Shown one piece after another: positions 1-13,620 of a DNA stretch of 64,000 bases (position 1 is the stretch's first letter; each line of letters starts with the position of its first letter). A program made the translations under genes and the position numbers. The notes under the pieces are model-generated. The model made no database searches, was not told the origin of the DNA, and saw only the letters and a program-made list of their open reading frames with translations. Source of the DNA: Takakia lepidozioides (taxonomy: Eukaryota > Plantae > Bryophyta); NCBI GenBank assembly GCA_030704615.1, contig CM060731.1, positions 67,828,001 through 67,892,000 on the forward strand. The letters run 5' to 3'.

Positions 1-1141
1 GACCAAAGATAGGCAGCACACATTAATGCACTCATCATGCACCCTTGGTCCAGAGATTGACGAAACAGATGGCCATGCCTGAGCGCAGTGATTATGGCAT
101 TCAAAGCAGCAGCAGCCGAAGAACAAACCCCCACAATCAGTGTCCTTTGCAAAAGAAGAGAAGAAGGTACACCGATCTGGGCCCGGAAGACCGTTGCATG
201 CAATACCGTTTGTTTGTTTGCGACTCTATATCGGCGGAGGGAATGCCTTATATAACTAACTTTGGACTATCCCGGTAGCCCTGATGAGTGTCGGGGTGGC
301 TACCTTGAGCCTGAATCTGCATGTAGGTAAGGCCTTGCTCAATTTCACAATGCGTGGGCAAACTAGCTGAGAAGTGAGAATACCAGGCCGAGATGGGGTA
401 CCTACCTGATACTCTCCAAGTCCTGAAAATAACCAAGAACAGATCGCTAGGGGCACATTACAGGACTACTTCTCATTACAGGAGTTTGATCTCAGCTCCA
501 GCAGCCTCATCTACCTTGCAACACTTCACTACACGGACAATACATTCCAGTGACTCCATTTTCCTGTTGTTGCTATATATGCGTTGCCTGGTCTTTACCT
601 CGAAAAAGCAGCTAGAAGAGAAGAATAAATATGCATCCCCAGTAGTTTGAGAATTGAAATCAACGAAAGAGGAGTAGACATGTAGAGGAGATGACCTTGC
701 CCATGGCTGGCCAATGCTTAACCATTTGCCATGATGGTGCAACCTACTCTTTCATGTTGGCTTTGGTACAAATGGCTTCTTGCGTGCTCAATCACAGTGG
801 AAGAATGAACAAGAAGTGTCAACCCTCCATTCCGAAGAAATGCTGATGACAGCTCAGACTCAAGTGTCTGATCATACCAAGCCTAGAAAAGCAAAGTCAG
901 AACGTCAGAACCGTCTCTGTTTAGGTTTTGGAGCTACAAGCAGTGACTTGCTTTTGAAATAGCCGTTCCAAACTGCAGTAAACTTGAGTGCATTCAAGTT
1001 GAGGTGTTAGAATGTCTCGAGAGTTAGGTGGACCTCAATCAGATCCGTATATCGCCTCCTCCATTTCATGTTCTTGTTCCTGACTGTGGACCTTCTTTGA
1101 CTTCGTAAAAGTGCCTAGTCAACAGAACAGTTGTTTGCAGT

Positions 1142-2448
1142 AGCCTTGTGGCCCTAGACCCCGCACCCAGTTTGGGCGGACCAAAAGGGAAGTAAAAATA
1201 AGATAAAGGGTAAGTATGACGCCTCCCGAATGGTGTCACTTGACCCAGAAGGGCTACTGCCTTCCAGCTGAAAGGTGGACACCTTCATGACACACCAGAC
1301 GGTGGTTTGAACCCACAACCACATCCAACGTGGCATGTGCCCATTACCACTGGGCTACATGCTGGTTGTCCCAAAAGGGAACAGAAACTACCTGCTAACT
1401 CACCTAGTGTGACAGAGACCTTTAGTTCGGGTTTTACCCTCTCACACAAGCATCAACTTGCTCTGTGTGAACTGCCCAGCAATTAGACCCCATCAGGCCA
1501 GAGCTTTAGGCACACAGCCTCAAGATTCGAAAGTTGGTGAACAGTGGTGCAGGGGCAATGTTCTTGATTGTTCTGAAGAGGCTCACTGTCCGGTGAGAAT
1601 AACCCAGACTGTGTATCAGAAAAAGGATGTTGTCTGCAGGTTGCCTGCAGATCGGGCAGTCTCCTCGTCTCCTCTTCCTCTCTGTATCTGTTTATTGCTC
1701 AAAGGTAGGCTTCCTGCCCTGAGTTTGATTCTCAGTCTGGTGCCGCGGATCGGTAGGCCCATGAGATCATCCTTAAGGTCCTCGCCCATGTCAAAGGTTC
1801 AGGGAAGTTTTATGCCTATCTTAAATTTCATTGGAAAGTCTTGACATATCTTTGGACAACACCCTCACGTCAGCTTCATCTGGTGTGGTCATTTCTTCTG
1901 GACTAGTATTCAGATACTTGAAAATCTCTTTCTATCAAGACTTAGCCTGTTTGTCAGGATGATCTTGCTTCCAAGACAAGGCATCAAATATCTTCACTTA
2001 TCTGGTATTAGGCATGAGATTCAATTGAGAGCTTAACAGAGGTATGCCAAACTCGCTCTGACCAGCCACATTAGCTGCTCTAGAACAAACCAACACGCTT
2101 TCTTTGAGCACCCCAACCTGAATGGAATCTAGAGATTTAGCATGGCTGGAATTGTCAACCAACACAGCAGATGCATACTCTGAGAGCCTTGTGGCGCTGG
2201 ACCCAGTGCCCAGTTTGGGCGGGACAGAAGGGCGGGACAGAAGGGACCAGGAACTACCATTGTGAGGGTATCACTCCCTTAGTATGGTTTACCTTAACAA
2301 TTAGTTCGGGCTTTCCAGATATCCTCTAGGAAGCCCTTCACACAAGCATCAATCTGCTTTGGGTGAGCAGCCCGAAAGTTAGACCCCAACAGGGCCAGGG
2401 CTTTAGGCTCAGAAAAAAGATTTTGAAAGTTGGTGAACAGAGGTGCTG
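1142..2448. repeat. Pair of ~270-bp diverged direct repeats (1142-1550, interrupted by a SINE; 2186-2448); possibly the LTRs of a degenerate miniature retroelement
   Basis: Both copies share, in the same order, agccttgtgg...cccagtttgggcgg, tagttcggg, cacacaagcatcaa, ttagacccca...gctttaggc and gaaagttggtgaacag. No PBS or PPT recognised. Confidence 0.6.
1192..1370 (-). mobile_element. tRNA-derived SINE, full-length copy with target-site duplication
   Basis: The minus strand has Pol III A-box TAGCCCAGTGG and B-box GGTTCAAACC at tRNA spacing, then a non-tRNA body and a T-rich tail. Flanked by the 11-bp direct repeat ccaaaagggaa (1181-1191 and 1371-1381). The sister repeat at ~2240 lacks the insertion. 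Confidence 0.85.
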
Positions 2449-2955
2449 AGACGAGACAGAGAGAAACATGATATCTTCAGTCCAGGGAGAGAAAAAGTGT
2501 TTGCTTGATCAGTGCCCAACTACTGTACTGCATTTCTTGGCTGGCCAAGGTTGTGATCAAGGTTTTTGGTTTGTTAAGTTTACCTGGGCCTCAGAATAAA
2601 AAATTGTTATGAATCTGGAGTTTTTGCGACAAGGTGAATGAAAATGAACCAGAACAGACAGGCCCACCAGTACCTCTCATTGATGAAGTGGAAGAACAAA
2701 TTGCTTAAAACCACATGAATGAGATCTCCAAACAAGGCCAAGAGAATCCCATTTTTTGGATTGAAGACCAATGGCTCCATAATTAAATAGACAAGAGGAC
2801 ATAATTGAAGACCCTCTATCAACATCATAAGCCTAGACCTCAAGAAAATTTGTACAACCACCTATGTTTTGCAAGCCTCCCCCTTCTTGCCAATGAGTGA
2901 ACTGAAACTTTGAGAAACTTAGACCACAGCATGCTGCCTAAGGATGCGGACTGAA

Positions 2956-5900
2956 TCATGGCTCCTGAGAAAGGGTGCCAGGTATAGACTGAGCACCCGT
3001 GATGTAAGAAATGACAACAGTAATATCGTCCATTTTACCTCCAAAAAACCGGAAACCTGCATCTTGTGCTGCTGTTGAGAAAGGCGTTTGCCGTTCTTGA
3101 TCCTGAGCCCGGTCTCGCGCAAGGGCCACTATTTTCTGGGCTGTAACCTGAGGTCCCAGGCCTGCCCGTGTGGATTGTACCACCACTCGTGTCAACTCAC
3201 TATCGTACAAATTGTCGAACAGGCCATCAGTACCCGTGACAATCACGTCTCCTGCTGCCACTTGCAGTGAAAACACCTGCTCACATCATATTCAACCAAA
3301 ACCAATTGTTGAGCATTCCATTTATTTTCGCCGTTAACTTTCATCACACTTGTGGAACAAGGCCACCACAACTGGTACTACCTTGGCCTCTCCTGTCATG
3401 ACAAATATGAAACCGCATTGTAGGAAAACAGTGATCCTAGAGATCTTTGACCTCAACAGGAAACCAAAACTGCAACCTTTGCAGAATCTCAAGGCAAGGC
3501 ATATGACCAGTTACATTGGCAGCAACAATGCAGCAGAATGGAACGACACAGCAAAGGACTGGCTATCCCCTGGTCTCATCCTAATCTTCCTGCAAAATGA
3601 TCCATATCAGGAAAAATCTTGAAGAGTTCAAAGGGTTGCAAGTTAGAGTGCATACCTCAGCAGCACTGGGGGGGTCACTGCCCTCACTTCCCAGCTGGAA
3701 GGGCACATTGAACTCGTGCTGTTGCACAGGTGATTTAAAGATAATGCTTCCATTCCTCACCAAAAGGAAACCACTGTCCCCAATATTTGCGGCTTGCAGT
3801 CTCTGCAAGCTCACCCAGCAACTCTCTACATTTAGTACAATGTCGTTGCCATTGTTTAGTGCCAGAAATGGAAACAAACCCCTGGTATACTTCAACAGTA
3901 ATTCCTGGGGCTGATTGTCTTGCCAGGTATATACGTGACGGGAATTGTTCATAGCCTTGATGAAATTACAAAACTACGGTGCTCCTTTTGACTCAAACTT
4001 GGAAGTGACACAAACTCACGGATTTTGACATTCTGATCTCTAGAAAACAAACCCCAAGCAGGCAAGCAGTTGGTTAAAAACTTCATCTTAGTATCTTACA
4101 AGTGGGACCAGAGGTGTTGCATACACCACACATTGTTCCCATCTTGATGTACTTGTAAGCCAAAGCCATGCCAGAATACATGAATGGGTATGTGGACAGC
4201 CACTCCAGTTGTATCCCACAAATCCACATAAGTAAAGAGAAAACTGCAGAGTATGGACTTACACTTCACAGTAGTTAACAGGAAGAATGAAGAAAACCTA
4301 TCAAAGGACAAAGAACCTCTTTGCAAGATGGATTTGAGTAGTTATCCCACAACAAAAAGAAGAAAATCCTTAAAAAATAATGGCAAAGACAGAGAAACTA
4401 ACAACCATGACTGGCGCCTTGTAACAATGAGTAAATTGGTAACACGCTAACACCCTCAAAACCCCAATTAACCCATAAGACTGCGACTGACACCTCAGAC
4501 TATCCCACCAACTTCTGTAAATGGTCCATTGGCCTCCAATATGACATTCCAAATTTGAACATGTTCACACTGGCCACAGCTGTTGATTGAACTTCCACAG
4601 CCACAAACTGACCATGCCTGAAATCTCCATTTGCTGCTGCCTAGAAATCTCAAAATTGGCACATAACCTAAACGTCTCACAGGGGTATGTCAAGATCTGT
4701 CACTTGTTTTCCTCCGGGGAGCAAGACATTTGCAATCATACTTATTATAGAACGTGTGTGGCAGAATGGCTATATCTCACCGGCTCTAATCAAGGGTGGC
4801 CATTACTTTTCCAAAGCAGCTGTTAGTGAAAGCACAAAGCATCCACACCATTGAAAGTGGCACGACAAATATTGGAGTTCTTCCCATCATCCACACATAC
4901 ACTTTCCTTCAAATCAACAGCACTAGCCAATCATACGAAGATTTGAGTCTACTGCATTTGTTTGGTAGGGATCATCGATTAAACAAGCTCCCAGGTTAGG
5001 ACATTTCACAATGCCTGCCTCCATGATATCTGAACAAAGGGAGCAAGGGTGCAATAAGGCAGAAATCAGGAGAAGGCATTTTTTAGTTGGGGATGAAGGA
5101 AAGGAGGGATAGAAAGGGACGTGGGATAGAGAAAGAAAACTTACAGAATCAGATAAAGCAAGAATACAAGCAGTTGATGACCCTTGGCATTTGGTCATTG
5201 AATGAGCATGACGCAAAACCTGGTCTGGATCAATGAAGCCATGACGTTCCTGTCGAACAGCAATCATTGATTGAGACATGAGCTCCCGGGCATACTCCCC
5301 CGAATCAACTCCAACAACCGCCCAGCCCCCAACCCCATCAGCAACTCCAATGACCTGTTTGTCTGAACATATGAAGTAGGCGTCTTCTCCTCCAGTTTTC
5401 ACCTTGTTTGGATGAGGTAGGCAGCACGCACCAGAGAGAAGTCTTAGTGCTCGGTTCTCCTCTCTCATCCTGCCAGCACAGATGGGGTCAATCCACTCAC
5501 ACTGTCACTTTCATGGATATGTATGCTCACACTCTAGATGATGAAGAATATGATATCAGCTGGCGAAAAAAGTCCAAAATAGATCACGACTGCATTGTGA
5601 ATAGACGTTTCCTGCGATCTACATATCCAAGTCCAAAACTAATGTCAGGGACATCTTCCACCCAGACACACAATGATGAAGACAAAGACAAAAGACATCT
5701 TTGCACAAAACACCACTTCATATTGACTGCTATATAAGCCCTCACACTAATGCTAATTGCAATAAGAGACTCCAGCAAATCAAAAGGCCGACGGTCTCAG
5801 GAGGTGCTCTTTCCTCATTCTCAAAGAAAATCAATGCGAGCAACAGACTGGGGGATAATCTTACTCATGCATATCCTCGTCTTGCTCATCCGAGGGGTTG

Positions 5901-6895
5901 TCACTATGAGACCGGTCCAGCACCAAACCCGTAGGAGAGGGATCCAAACCCCCCACACTTGCATCGTGCAGTGCCCTTACATACAAATCTCCAGCCAGGG
6001 GTAGGGAAGGAACCGCATGGAAGAAATGAAATGCTATTGACCAGCTGAAAACATCCTGCATCCCAAGTAACCTTTGAATTCCGAGACGTTCAGTGAATCT
6101 TCTATGGACTGAATCAAAGATGTTCCCCTCCTCCCTATTGGGTCTTTTGCCCACTCTCCCTGACTTCTCTTTTCCATCATTGCATTCATCAAAATTACTA
6201 GAAGCCTTGGTCCGGTGCACATATTTGGAAGGATTCTTTTCTTCCAAACTCAATCTTCCAAGATGTCGATCCTCCAAACCTACTTCCGTCTCCACCTGTC
6301 TCTCCTGCCATTGCCTATCCTTCCATATGTCTGGCCTAAGCGAAGCAGCGGAAGAAAGGACAAGCTCTGGAGTGCCCCTCTTCCCTCGTTGTCTCTCTAC
6401 TCGCTCCCCTACATGACGAGGCAGGCCCCTCAGCACAAGAAAGCCTTTCTCTGACAAATCCCGCAAACTGTCGGTTGTGGACTCGCCTCCACCATCAGCT
6501 GAAAACTTCAAAGAGGTGACACCGCAGCTCTGCAGCAAGGGGCCATGAACTGAGGGTGTAGAAACAGCACGAGAAAGAGACTCCGTTGCAGAAAGAGCCT
6601 TAGCCCTCCAAATATTCGAAGGATCAGCTGCCAATGGCAAATAAGCCGGGGCTGAGTAGTAATTTGTCGAGGAGAACTTCCAAAACGACAAAAAGGGATG
6701 TACACAAGACGAGGAAGTCGAGGAAGCGCCCACAGGACAAGGAGACGAAGGTGAAAGGCGCGAAATCGAATTCCCTTTGTTGAGAAGTGGCTTTAGTCTG
6801 TCTACCTGCAGTAGCCCTCCATTGTTACCTGTTTTCGACCGCAAACTCGCTTTCACCTTCCACAAGTTGTACAGGGATGGCATTTTGGGGGCCAC
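2956..6895 (-). CDS. Protein phosphatase 2C, PPTC7/clade K type (PP2C55/80-like), with a long N-terminal extension; exons 6895-5865, 5469-5145, 3802-3656, 3276-2956 (607 aa)
   Basis: Motifs PHPNKVKTGGEDAYF, GVADGVGGW, GSSTACI, ANIGDSGF, QQHEFNVPFQL, GTDGLFDNL and GGKMDDITV. All three introns are GT-AG and preserve the frame (1824 nt). Confidence 0.93.
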
Positions 6896-7651
6896 GCCCT
6901 CACCACATTACCTCACACAAACAGATCTTTGTACACAAACTAAATCCATACCCATACCTCCATAACACAAGGACCCTCCAACGACCCAATTCAAGGCAGC
7001 CGGCCAGACTAAGGGACTCCCCCGCCCCTCCCTTCCCTCTTGCACCGTTTCCCAGTTCCTGCTCCGTAGGCACAAGATGATCCAAACCCTAAGTCTCCAT
7101 CCCTTGCAAACCCAAAACTCCAACAATCCAATGTCTGCTCATCGTCGGAGTATCACCGTCGTCCTCTCAACGATTCAAAGAGTCCCTCAACCAGAAGAAT
7201 ATCACAAGTCCCGCTTGCAAACCACCCCACAGTGAGCTCAATCCAAGCTATGGGTGCAATCTGCAATCCCTCCCGACGAATTGTAGGCAGCAGTGCAGCA
7301 AAGGAGCAGAGAGAATTGTATACAGAAAAACAGTTGCTACCGCGAAGGTTACTTGTGGGCTGCCCTCTATTGTGTTGCAGCAACGTGCTCTGCTTGCACA
7401 CCTACACCTCACCAACCCTCAACACCTCACTCAGGCCTTAACCAATTTCTGTCAACTTAATTTTTTCTTTTTTTTTTCTTTTTTTCTCCCCCATAAGAGG
7501 GGATAGTACAAGCCCTTGAAATGTATGGCAGATGGTGGAAAAAATAACCACCAATGAGGCTGTGAAGGAGTTATAATTTACAAATCCACAAATTCCAATC
7601 ACAGAAAAAAATGTGGACTCATTGCCAAAGCAAGCTTAAATTATGATGTCT

Positions 7652-7700
7652 CTTGACCCCGAAGGCCGATTGTCTAACATGTGGTTTTGAACCCGCAACC
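7652..7700 (-). mobile_element. Internally deleted fragment of the same SINE
   Basis: cttgaccccgaagg...gtggttttgaacccgcaacc matches both ends of the SINE core at 1240-1320. Confidence 0.45.
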
Positions 7701-8127
7701 TCTGGTGAAGCGACAATCGAGCAAATTATGGTTTGACAGGTGGCTTTTCCAAATTTGTCAAATTGCACTTTTTGTCCTGTGGGCTATTTTTTGGGTTTAA
7801 ATTTAGGTACGAAAGGTGAAAATGTCCAAGCTTCCAAGGAACATGCAAATTTTTCAAACATTTGGACTATAGATGTGTCCAAATTTAACTTCACACCGGA
7901 GCTAACCTCTCGCAGGCCCTTGAGTATAGTGAGAGGAGAAAATAAGGTAGGGGGAGAAGATTTATGTCACTCCCAACAACACGTGAGCAGCTCATGCTCG
8001 CGCGATCACATTGGCATATATTCTGCATATTCCTAGAATTATGAAAGCATATGCTATTGTGAAACTTACATGTGCTTAGAAGTCTTTGAAAAAGTGCACA
8101 GTGTCTTTGAAAAGTCTTTGAAACATA

Positions 8128-8285
8128 TGCTCATGTGGTAATGGGCACATACCACCTCGGAAGTGGTTGTGAGTTCACTCCACCCAATAGTGTCACAAAG
8201 TGTCTACCTTCCTACTGGAAGCCTACAAGCCCTTCGGATTAAGAGACACCATACTTTATGCTTCCTTTGGGAGGCTTCATACATG
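8128..8285 (+). mobile_element. Diverged copy of the tRNA-derived SINE
   Basis: gtggtaatgggcacat...gtggttgtgagttc...tgtctaccttcctactggaag...cccttcggattaagagacaccat...gggaggcttcatac aligns with the reverse complement of 1192-1370. Confidence 0.75.
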
Positions 8286-9127
8286 CATTTCTCTTTAGCT
8301 CACATGAGCACAAGCTATGTACTACCATATCATTGGCTCCTCCCTAAAGAGGAGACTACGCATCAGTGTCAAAAAACGTGACTAGCCTACATGTTACTCC
8401 ATATAAAACCTGAGTTGAATGCGCCTCCCAAGATAAAATGTTTATCAAAATCCTAAATTGTTTATATTTAGTTTTTATTCACTATTAATCTGTAATACCT
8501 ATCATTTGGTGCTACTTGGATCCTGACTTTGTGGTACCATTGACTTTTTTGGAGTTGAACAGTCTTGCAAATGGAGTTTAAATTGACTTCAATCATATGC
8601 ACAACTCAGTAGGTAGTCAATGTAGTACTTAGCAGTCCACAGGTGAGCGTTAGGTATCTTACTTCAGCGCCTAAAGGATTGTCACTCTATTATTTAGGAA
8701 CACTGGGCTTTTTTTCAGTATCACTCTTTCATATGATGGCAAATATTTTGAGTGTTTTACAGTATAATATGATATGTATAGGCTTCTTTTTAATAACATG
8801 CTTTTTGTGTTATCTTTGAGTACATTTTGAGTACCGCACAACATGATGTATGTAGTCATATATAGATATATACACAGAGATATTCAGGATTCTAATTTTT
8901 AGTATCATTCTTTTGTATTAGTGGAAGATTTTTGAGAGTCAGATTTAGTCATATTTTTCTTGGGGTTAGTGTTGCTAATGGTGGTGTTTCAATGGGAGTA
9001 TTATAGGATACAAGATTCCCTAAAGGAGCGATTTGACAACCATTAGCGCAATAACGATGTGGTGTTAAGCTATAGATGGGTAATTAATCAAACACAGGGA
9101 ATTTGTGACAAAGTACCATTACTACCT

Positions 9128-9228
9128 CTGCAAGGGATGGAGGAGAGTATTCAAGATAATTCATTATATATGTATTACTTTGGTCTGATTGAATTTTCGG
9201 AAGTTCTCACTGATTCTGAGTGTGCTAC
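9128..9228 (+). pseudogene. Inverted ~100-bp duplicate of the 3' part of the F-box ORF at 10383-10661
   Basis: Closely similar (roughly 85-90% by eye) to the reverse complement of 10387-10488, encoding CKGWRR...YMYY.GL.E..EVL.DSEC. Confidence 0.75.
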
Positions 9229-10382
9229 ATTGGATAGTACCATTGCTATCTTAGTTTGGTTTATTTAGAATCACTTACGAAGTTAGGATCGTGTTGTGAG
9301 TTCATTTCCATGGGAGAAAGCACGTAGAGATCAAGAGAGAATGACTTAGATAGAGAGAGAGAGAGATTATAAGAGTTGTTGGGAAAGCGTTGGCTCTGTA
9401 CTGCCCTACTCTATGGAGCCGGTCTTCCAAGTGTTTGGTGACGGTGGAGAAAGTTGTGGAGCTGAAGCACATATGATCCAATCGTTCTGCCTTATTGCCC
9501 TAATCCGCCTTATCAAGACAAACGAATGCTCAATGCATATATAATCTAGTGTAGCTAACTCTAACGTGCAGTGGAAAATTGACTTTTTAGCTACACTCTA
9601 TAGCACAACCTTACCTTGTCAATTTTTCTTATTCAACAATGAGCTCTGATAATGCTTTTACAAGCTACACTCAGATCATGCTACAAGATGTGGATCTCCG
9701 AGAGGCCGAGCATGTTAACTTGGAATGCTTGTCAGGTTTGTCTAATTTTGAAGTTTGAATGGGACTATCTTGATCATGAGTGGACATGTTCATAGAACGA
9801 TTCAAACTAACACCATATTTTTTGTATCAACATATTGTTTCTTATTGTGACTTCTACCTTCTACCCAAAACTTGGATCCATTTAAGCTTTTGTGTAATTG
9901 ATAGGATTTTTTCACATTAAGCGTTTAAGTTGGTAAGTTGACCTTATTTCATTTTTCCGACTACACCAAATTTGGCACAAAACCGCTTCATGTACAAACG
10001 ATGTTATATGCAAAATTTGGTGGTGGGCAAACCGACACATTTTAATGTATTGTGGATTTCTAGGGTTATAGAACTTCCTTCTCGGTGACTGTTCATAAAA
10101 TTATCTTAAAGTGCATTCTGGTCTAAAAAATTTCTCGAGTTCATCTTCTTAACAAAGATGTAGGTTCGAGGCTTTCTCATTTTTACATCTATTCAGCTTT
10201 AAAATTGGAAACTAGCAAGCCAGTGGAGGTTGTTGGCATGCATTTGTCCACACAAATATAATCCAGATTACATAGCAATCTATATCACAAGCCTTGTTCC
10301 GGACTCAAGTATGAGCAAATCCAAACACTCAAGTTTAATTCCCACCAACTTTATTTAGAAGACGATCAACTGCATGTCTAGG

Positions 10383-10661
10383 TCAGGTACCACACTCAGA
10401 ATCACTGAGAACTTCCCAATATTCATTCAGACCAATGTAATACATATATACTGAATTATTTCGAAAGACTCTCCTCCATCCCTTGCAGACTACTTGGAGC
10501 CTCCTCTGCTCGTTTTCAGGAAGATGTGGAAAAATCTTTTCCAGATCAATATGGTTCTTGAGGTCTTTCCAAATATGACTGTATTGAAACCGTGATTCAG
10601 TGAGATGTAAACGTTCAAACTCCAGAGCCAACTCCTCTACCTGTCCATTTGTTGCAGCCAT
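10383..10661 (-). pseudogene. Short F-box-domain ORF (92 aa): a truncated F-box gene or pseudogene
   Basis: IWKDL....DLEKIFPHLP.....RLQVVCKGWRR matches the plant F-box consensus. No C-terminal substrate-binding domain is visible. Confidence 0.55.
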
Positions 10662-11558
10662 TATATAGCTGCAAACAAGTTGCGAAGGGATTGTTCATGT
10701 TACAACAAAACTCTTAATTGAGTCTAACTCAATATACTGAAAGTTCCTGCTCCCACTAAGTCTTACACTACACATTGCAACATGCACAAAGCCTAGAAAG
10801 TCCTACGGACGGAAATTCTAGAAGATAGGATCTAAAGCTGATAGTTATAATATACAATCCTGTCTAAGCGGAGAACAAATGGTTTCGTCTCTCGCCGCCC
10901 TGTCATTGTTGGATCCGCACTCACGAATTGAGAACATGACAATGAATTGCTCAACTCGCAAGAAATGCTATTAACTACTTCCGCCTCTATACCAAGCGAT
11001 CAAAAACTCACACCTAACTTCCAAACACCTTTCCATTATACCCTTGTGCTCTCCAGAGCTCTCGAAAGCCTCTCATCCTGAAAGAATTACAAGTCCACAA
11101 CACTCACCTCAAGGTTGATGATTATAAATTCAAGGTTCTCCAAAGCTCTTCCACGCGCATCCGCCGCTCTAACAACTTTCGAGGCTCATCTTCACAGCCA
11201 CAAGCCAATCGTATTATCTTCTTCAATTATCGAGGTTGTTCTCTGTCGATCCTCACTGCTCTCTCCCCATGGAAATGAACTCTTCGCCAGATCAAATGTA
11301 AGCTATGAGATGAGCGCAGAAGAAGAGACATGAATGCAACGATCTAGGGTTATAAGAAAGTATTCGCGGCATTAGTATTCTTGAGGGCTGTATCGAAATT
11401 GAGGAGCGCTATGGCTGCGAGAATGCTACAAAGTTGCGAGAAGGCTTAGAGCATGACCAGCAAACAGGTACGCCAACAGCATTATGAATTTGAAATTTTA
11501 TGCCAAGATTAGTGAAAATGTTGACATATATATAGTATGTAGGATATATTATGTGTAA

Positions 11559-13620
11559 CTAGTAGGCCGGCACGCCAGCCACCGGCGTGCCATTCGAAAG
11601 TTCTTTATATTAGATTCATCTATTATTTCTAATTTCTTTGTATCTTTGTTGTTTTTTTTTTTCCATCTTCATATTTGCCAAACCTCGATTAATATTTGGT
11701 GAGATCAACATATGAAAGTTCTACTAAATATTTATTATCTTTCTTTTAATGCTTTATTGTTCAATACATATGCTAAGGTATATTTGGCCAAAAATGGTTT
11801 ACTAATTATAAAGTGGTAGATATTTTTTTATTGATTTGTTCATATACCCAAAAATAATAAATTATGAAGTTAAAATAAACGTCTTTTAAAACCTCAATAA
11901 ATATATGTTGAATCCTCAATGTGAGCCATGTACCTACTAGTAGAAATACAGATCGACTAGGAAGTAAGCAGCGACTCACGACTAATGAAGGCATTCATCC
12001 AGATACTCGACCTAGCAGTCAGGATAGCCGATTGTTACATAAGTAGACCGGGGAGTTTTGGTGCCATTTAGTAGTCGGGTACTGAAACTTATACATCTCT
12101 TGTTGTTCTCTTTTATAAAACATCTTTCGTTTCTTTACACTCATATCTTAGGCTCACTAGGCGATGCTTAGGGTGTTTATCTGAATGGAATTTGGGTCCT
12201 TGTCTGAAATTTGCAGTCGACTGTCCCCTGAGTTCAGTGTCACGTAGTTTCCAAGCGACTCTTCTTCTTTAACACTCAATAAAATATTGAAAGAACAATA
12301 TGTGAAAGTTCCATACAATCAATATATGAATCGAGACGTTTGTTTTGTTTTGTTTTGTTTTGTTTTGTAGATTTGAGATGTCCCAAACTGCGGGTCCCCA
12401 GCCTTGGTGCTTGGTACCGTTGGAAAGCCCTTGAGGAGGAGGGGTGCACCGACTTGGTCTCATGATTTTTGGACATGCGGTGTGGGAGATGTTGAATTTC
12501 AAGTACTTTTGGTCAATGAAAATTCCCAAAAAATAGGAAAGTGGGCATTCATGGGACAATGGTGGGAGCCTCGACAGAAGAGATATAATGGGAAAGGTCT
12601 CCGATTCAAATCTGGTCGTAGGCTCTTTGGAAAAAAAAAATTATGAAATACGGCTAACACGAATTTCAAGTTCATTCATGTCACACTTCAGCTTCTACAC
12701 AGGAGACGCACTTCGATACACTTGGGCTTTGATGACAATGGACACTTGGGCCTCTACATAGGAGACGCATTGGGATACATAGGAAATCACACTTGGTCTT
12801 ACATTTCAATTCTTCACAGATGAGCCAAAGGCACAGGCTACCCTAGAGGTCGCACTTGGGCCTCGACATAGGAGACGCACGTGGACTTGGGCCAACGCCA
12901 CAGGCTACCCTAATATTCTTTATTTTACAAAGTTTTGGTGCATGATATGTATACTAAAAAGAATAAGCCAATGATTTACCATCTCTTTACTAAAGTTTTA
13001 GTTATTTTAAAATAACTTGTCTACTTTTTAAAGTAAATGTTCACTTAGCAAAAAGTATTTTTGATTTAATAATAAAGAATATAATTTATATAATGAGATC
13101 TGCACTCCAACCACCGGTGTGCCATTGGAAATTTTTTTGTATTGGATTCATCTTGTATTTTTTAATCTCTTTGTATCTTAGTTGTTTTATTTTTAAGTTC
13201 TCGTTTCAAAGTTTCAACCTTTCTGATATTTCCTTATTTATTTTTATTTATTTATTTTTGAAATTGATTGTCTACTTGTAAAAAAAAATGTTCACTTCAC
13301 AAAGAGTTTAGTAATTTCACAAAAAGTACTATTTATATAATGATGAGGTTATTTTTAAAAATGATTGTTTCACTTAACAAGAGTGATAGCTTTCTAATTA
13401 ACACTGAAAGATAAATCACTTCAAAAAGAGTTTCTTAATTTAACAAAGAGTATAATTTAACACAAAAATGACACCCCTTCAACGTAATACTAGATAAAAA
13501 AGTTTACTTTATTTATTTTACTTTTAAGCTCTCGTTTCAAAGTTTCAACCTTCCTGATTTTTCTTTTTTTCTTTTTTTTGAAATTGCTTGTCTACTTTTA
13601 AAAGGAAATGTTCACTTTCA
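11559..13620 (-). mobile_element. Non-autonomous Helitron-like element; 3' end at 11559, 5' end not located
   Basis: The minus strand ends with the GC-rich hairpin ggcacgccggtggctggcgtgcc (11569-11591) followed by ggcctaCTAG|T. The AT-rich body carries internal duplications (13108-13190 repeats 11577-11660; 13195-13300 resembles 13520-13620). Confidence 0.6.

Noticed and set aside
270-372. Hammerhead ribozyme or C/D snoRNA around ctgatga
   Set aside because: No stem II-GAAA core follows. A ggtagcc/ggctacc hairpin and a downstream ctga exist, but no recognisable guide or terminal stem.
1290-1368. Functional tRNA gene
   Set aside because: It has A/B boxes but no proper anticodon arm, continues into a shared non-tRNA body and has a TSD, so it is a SINE head.
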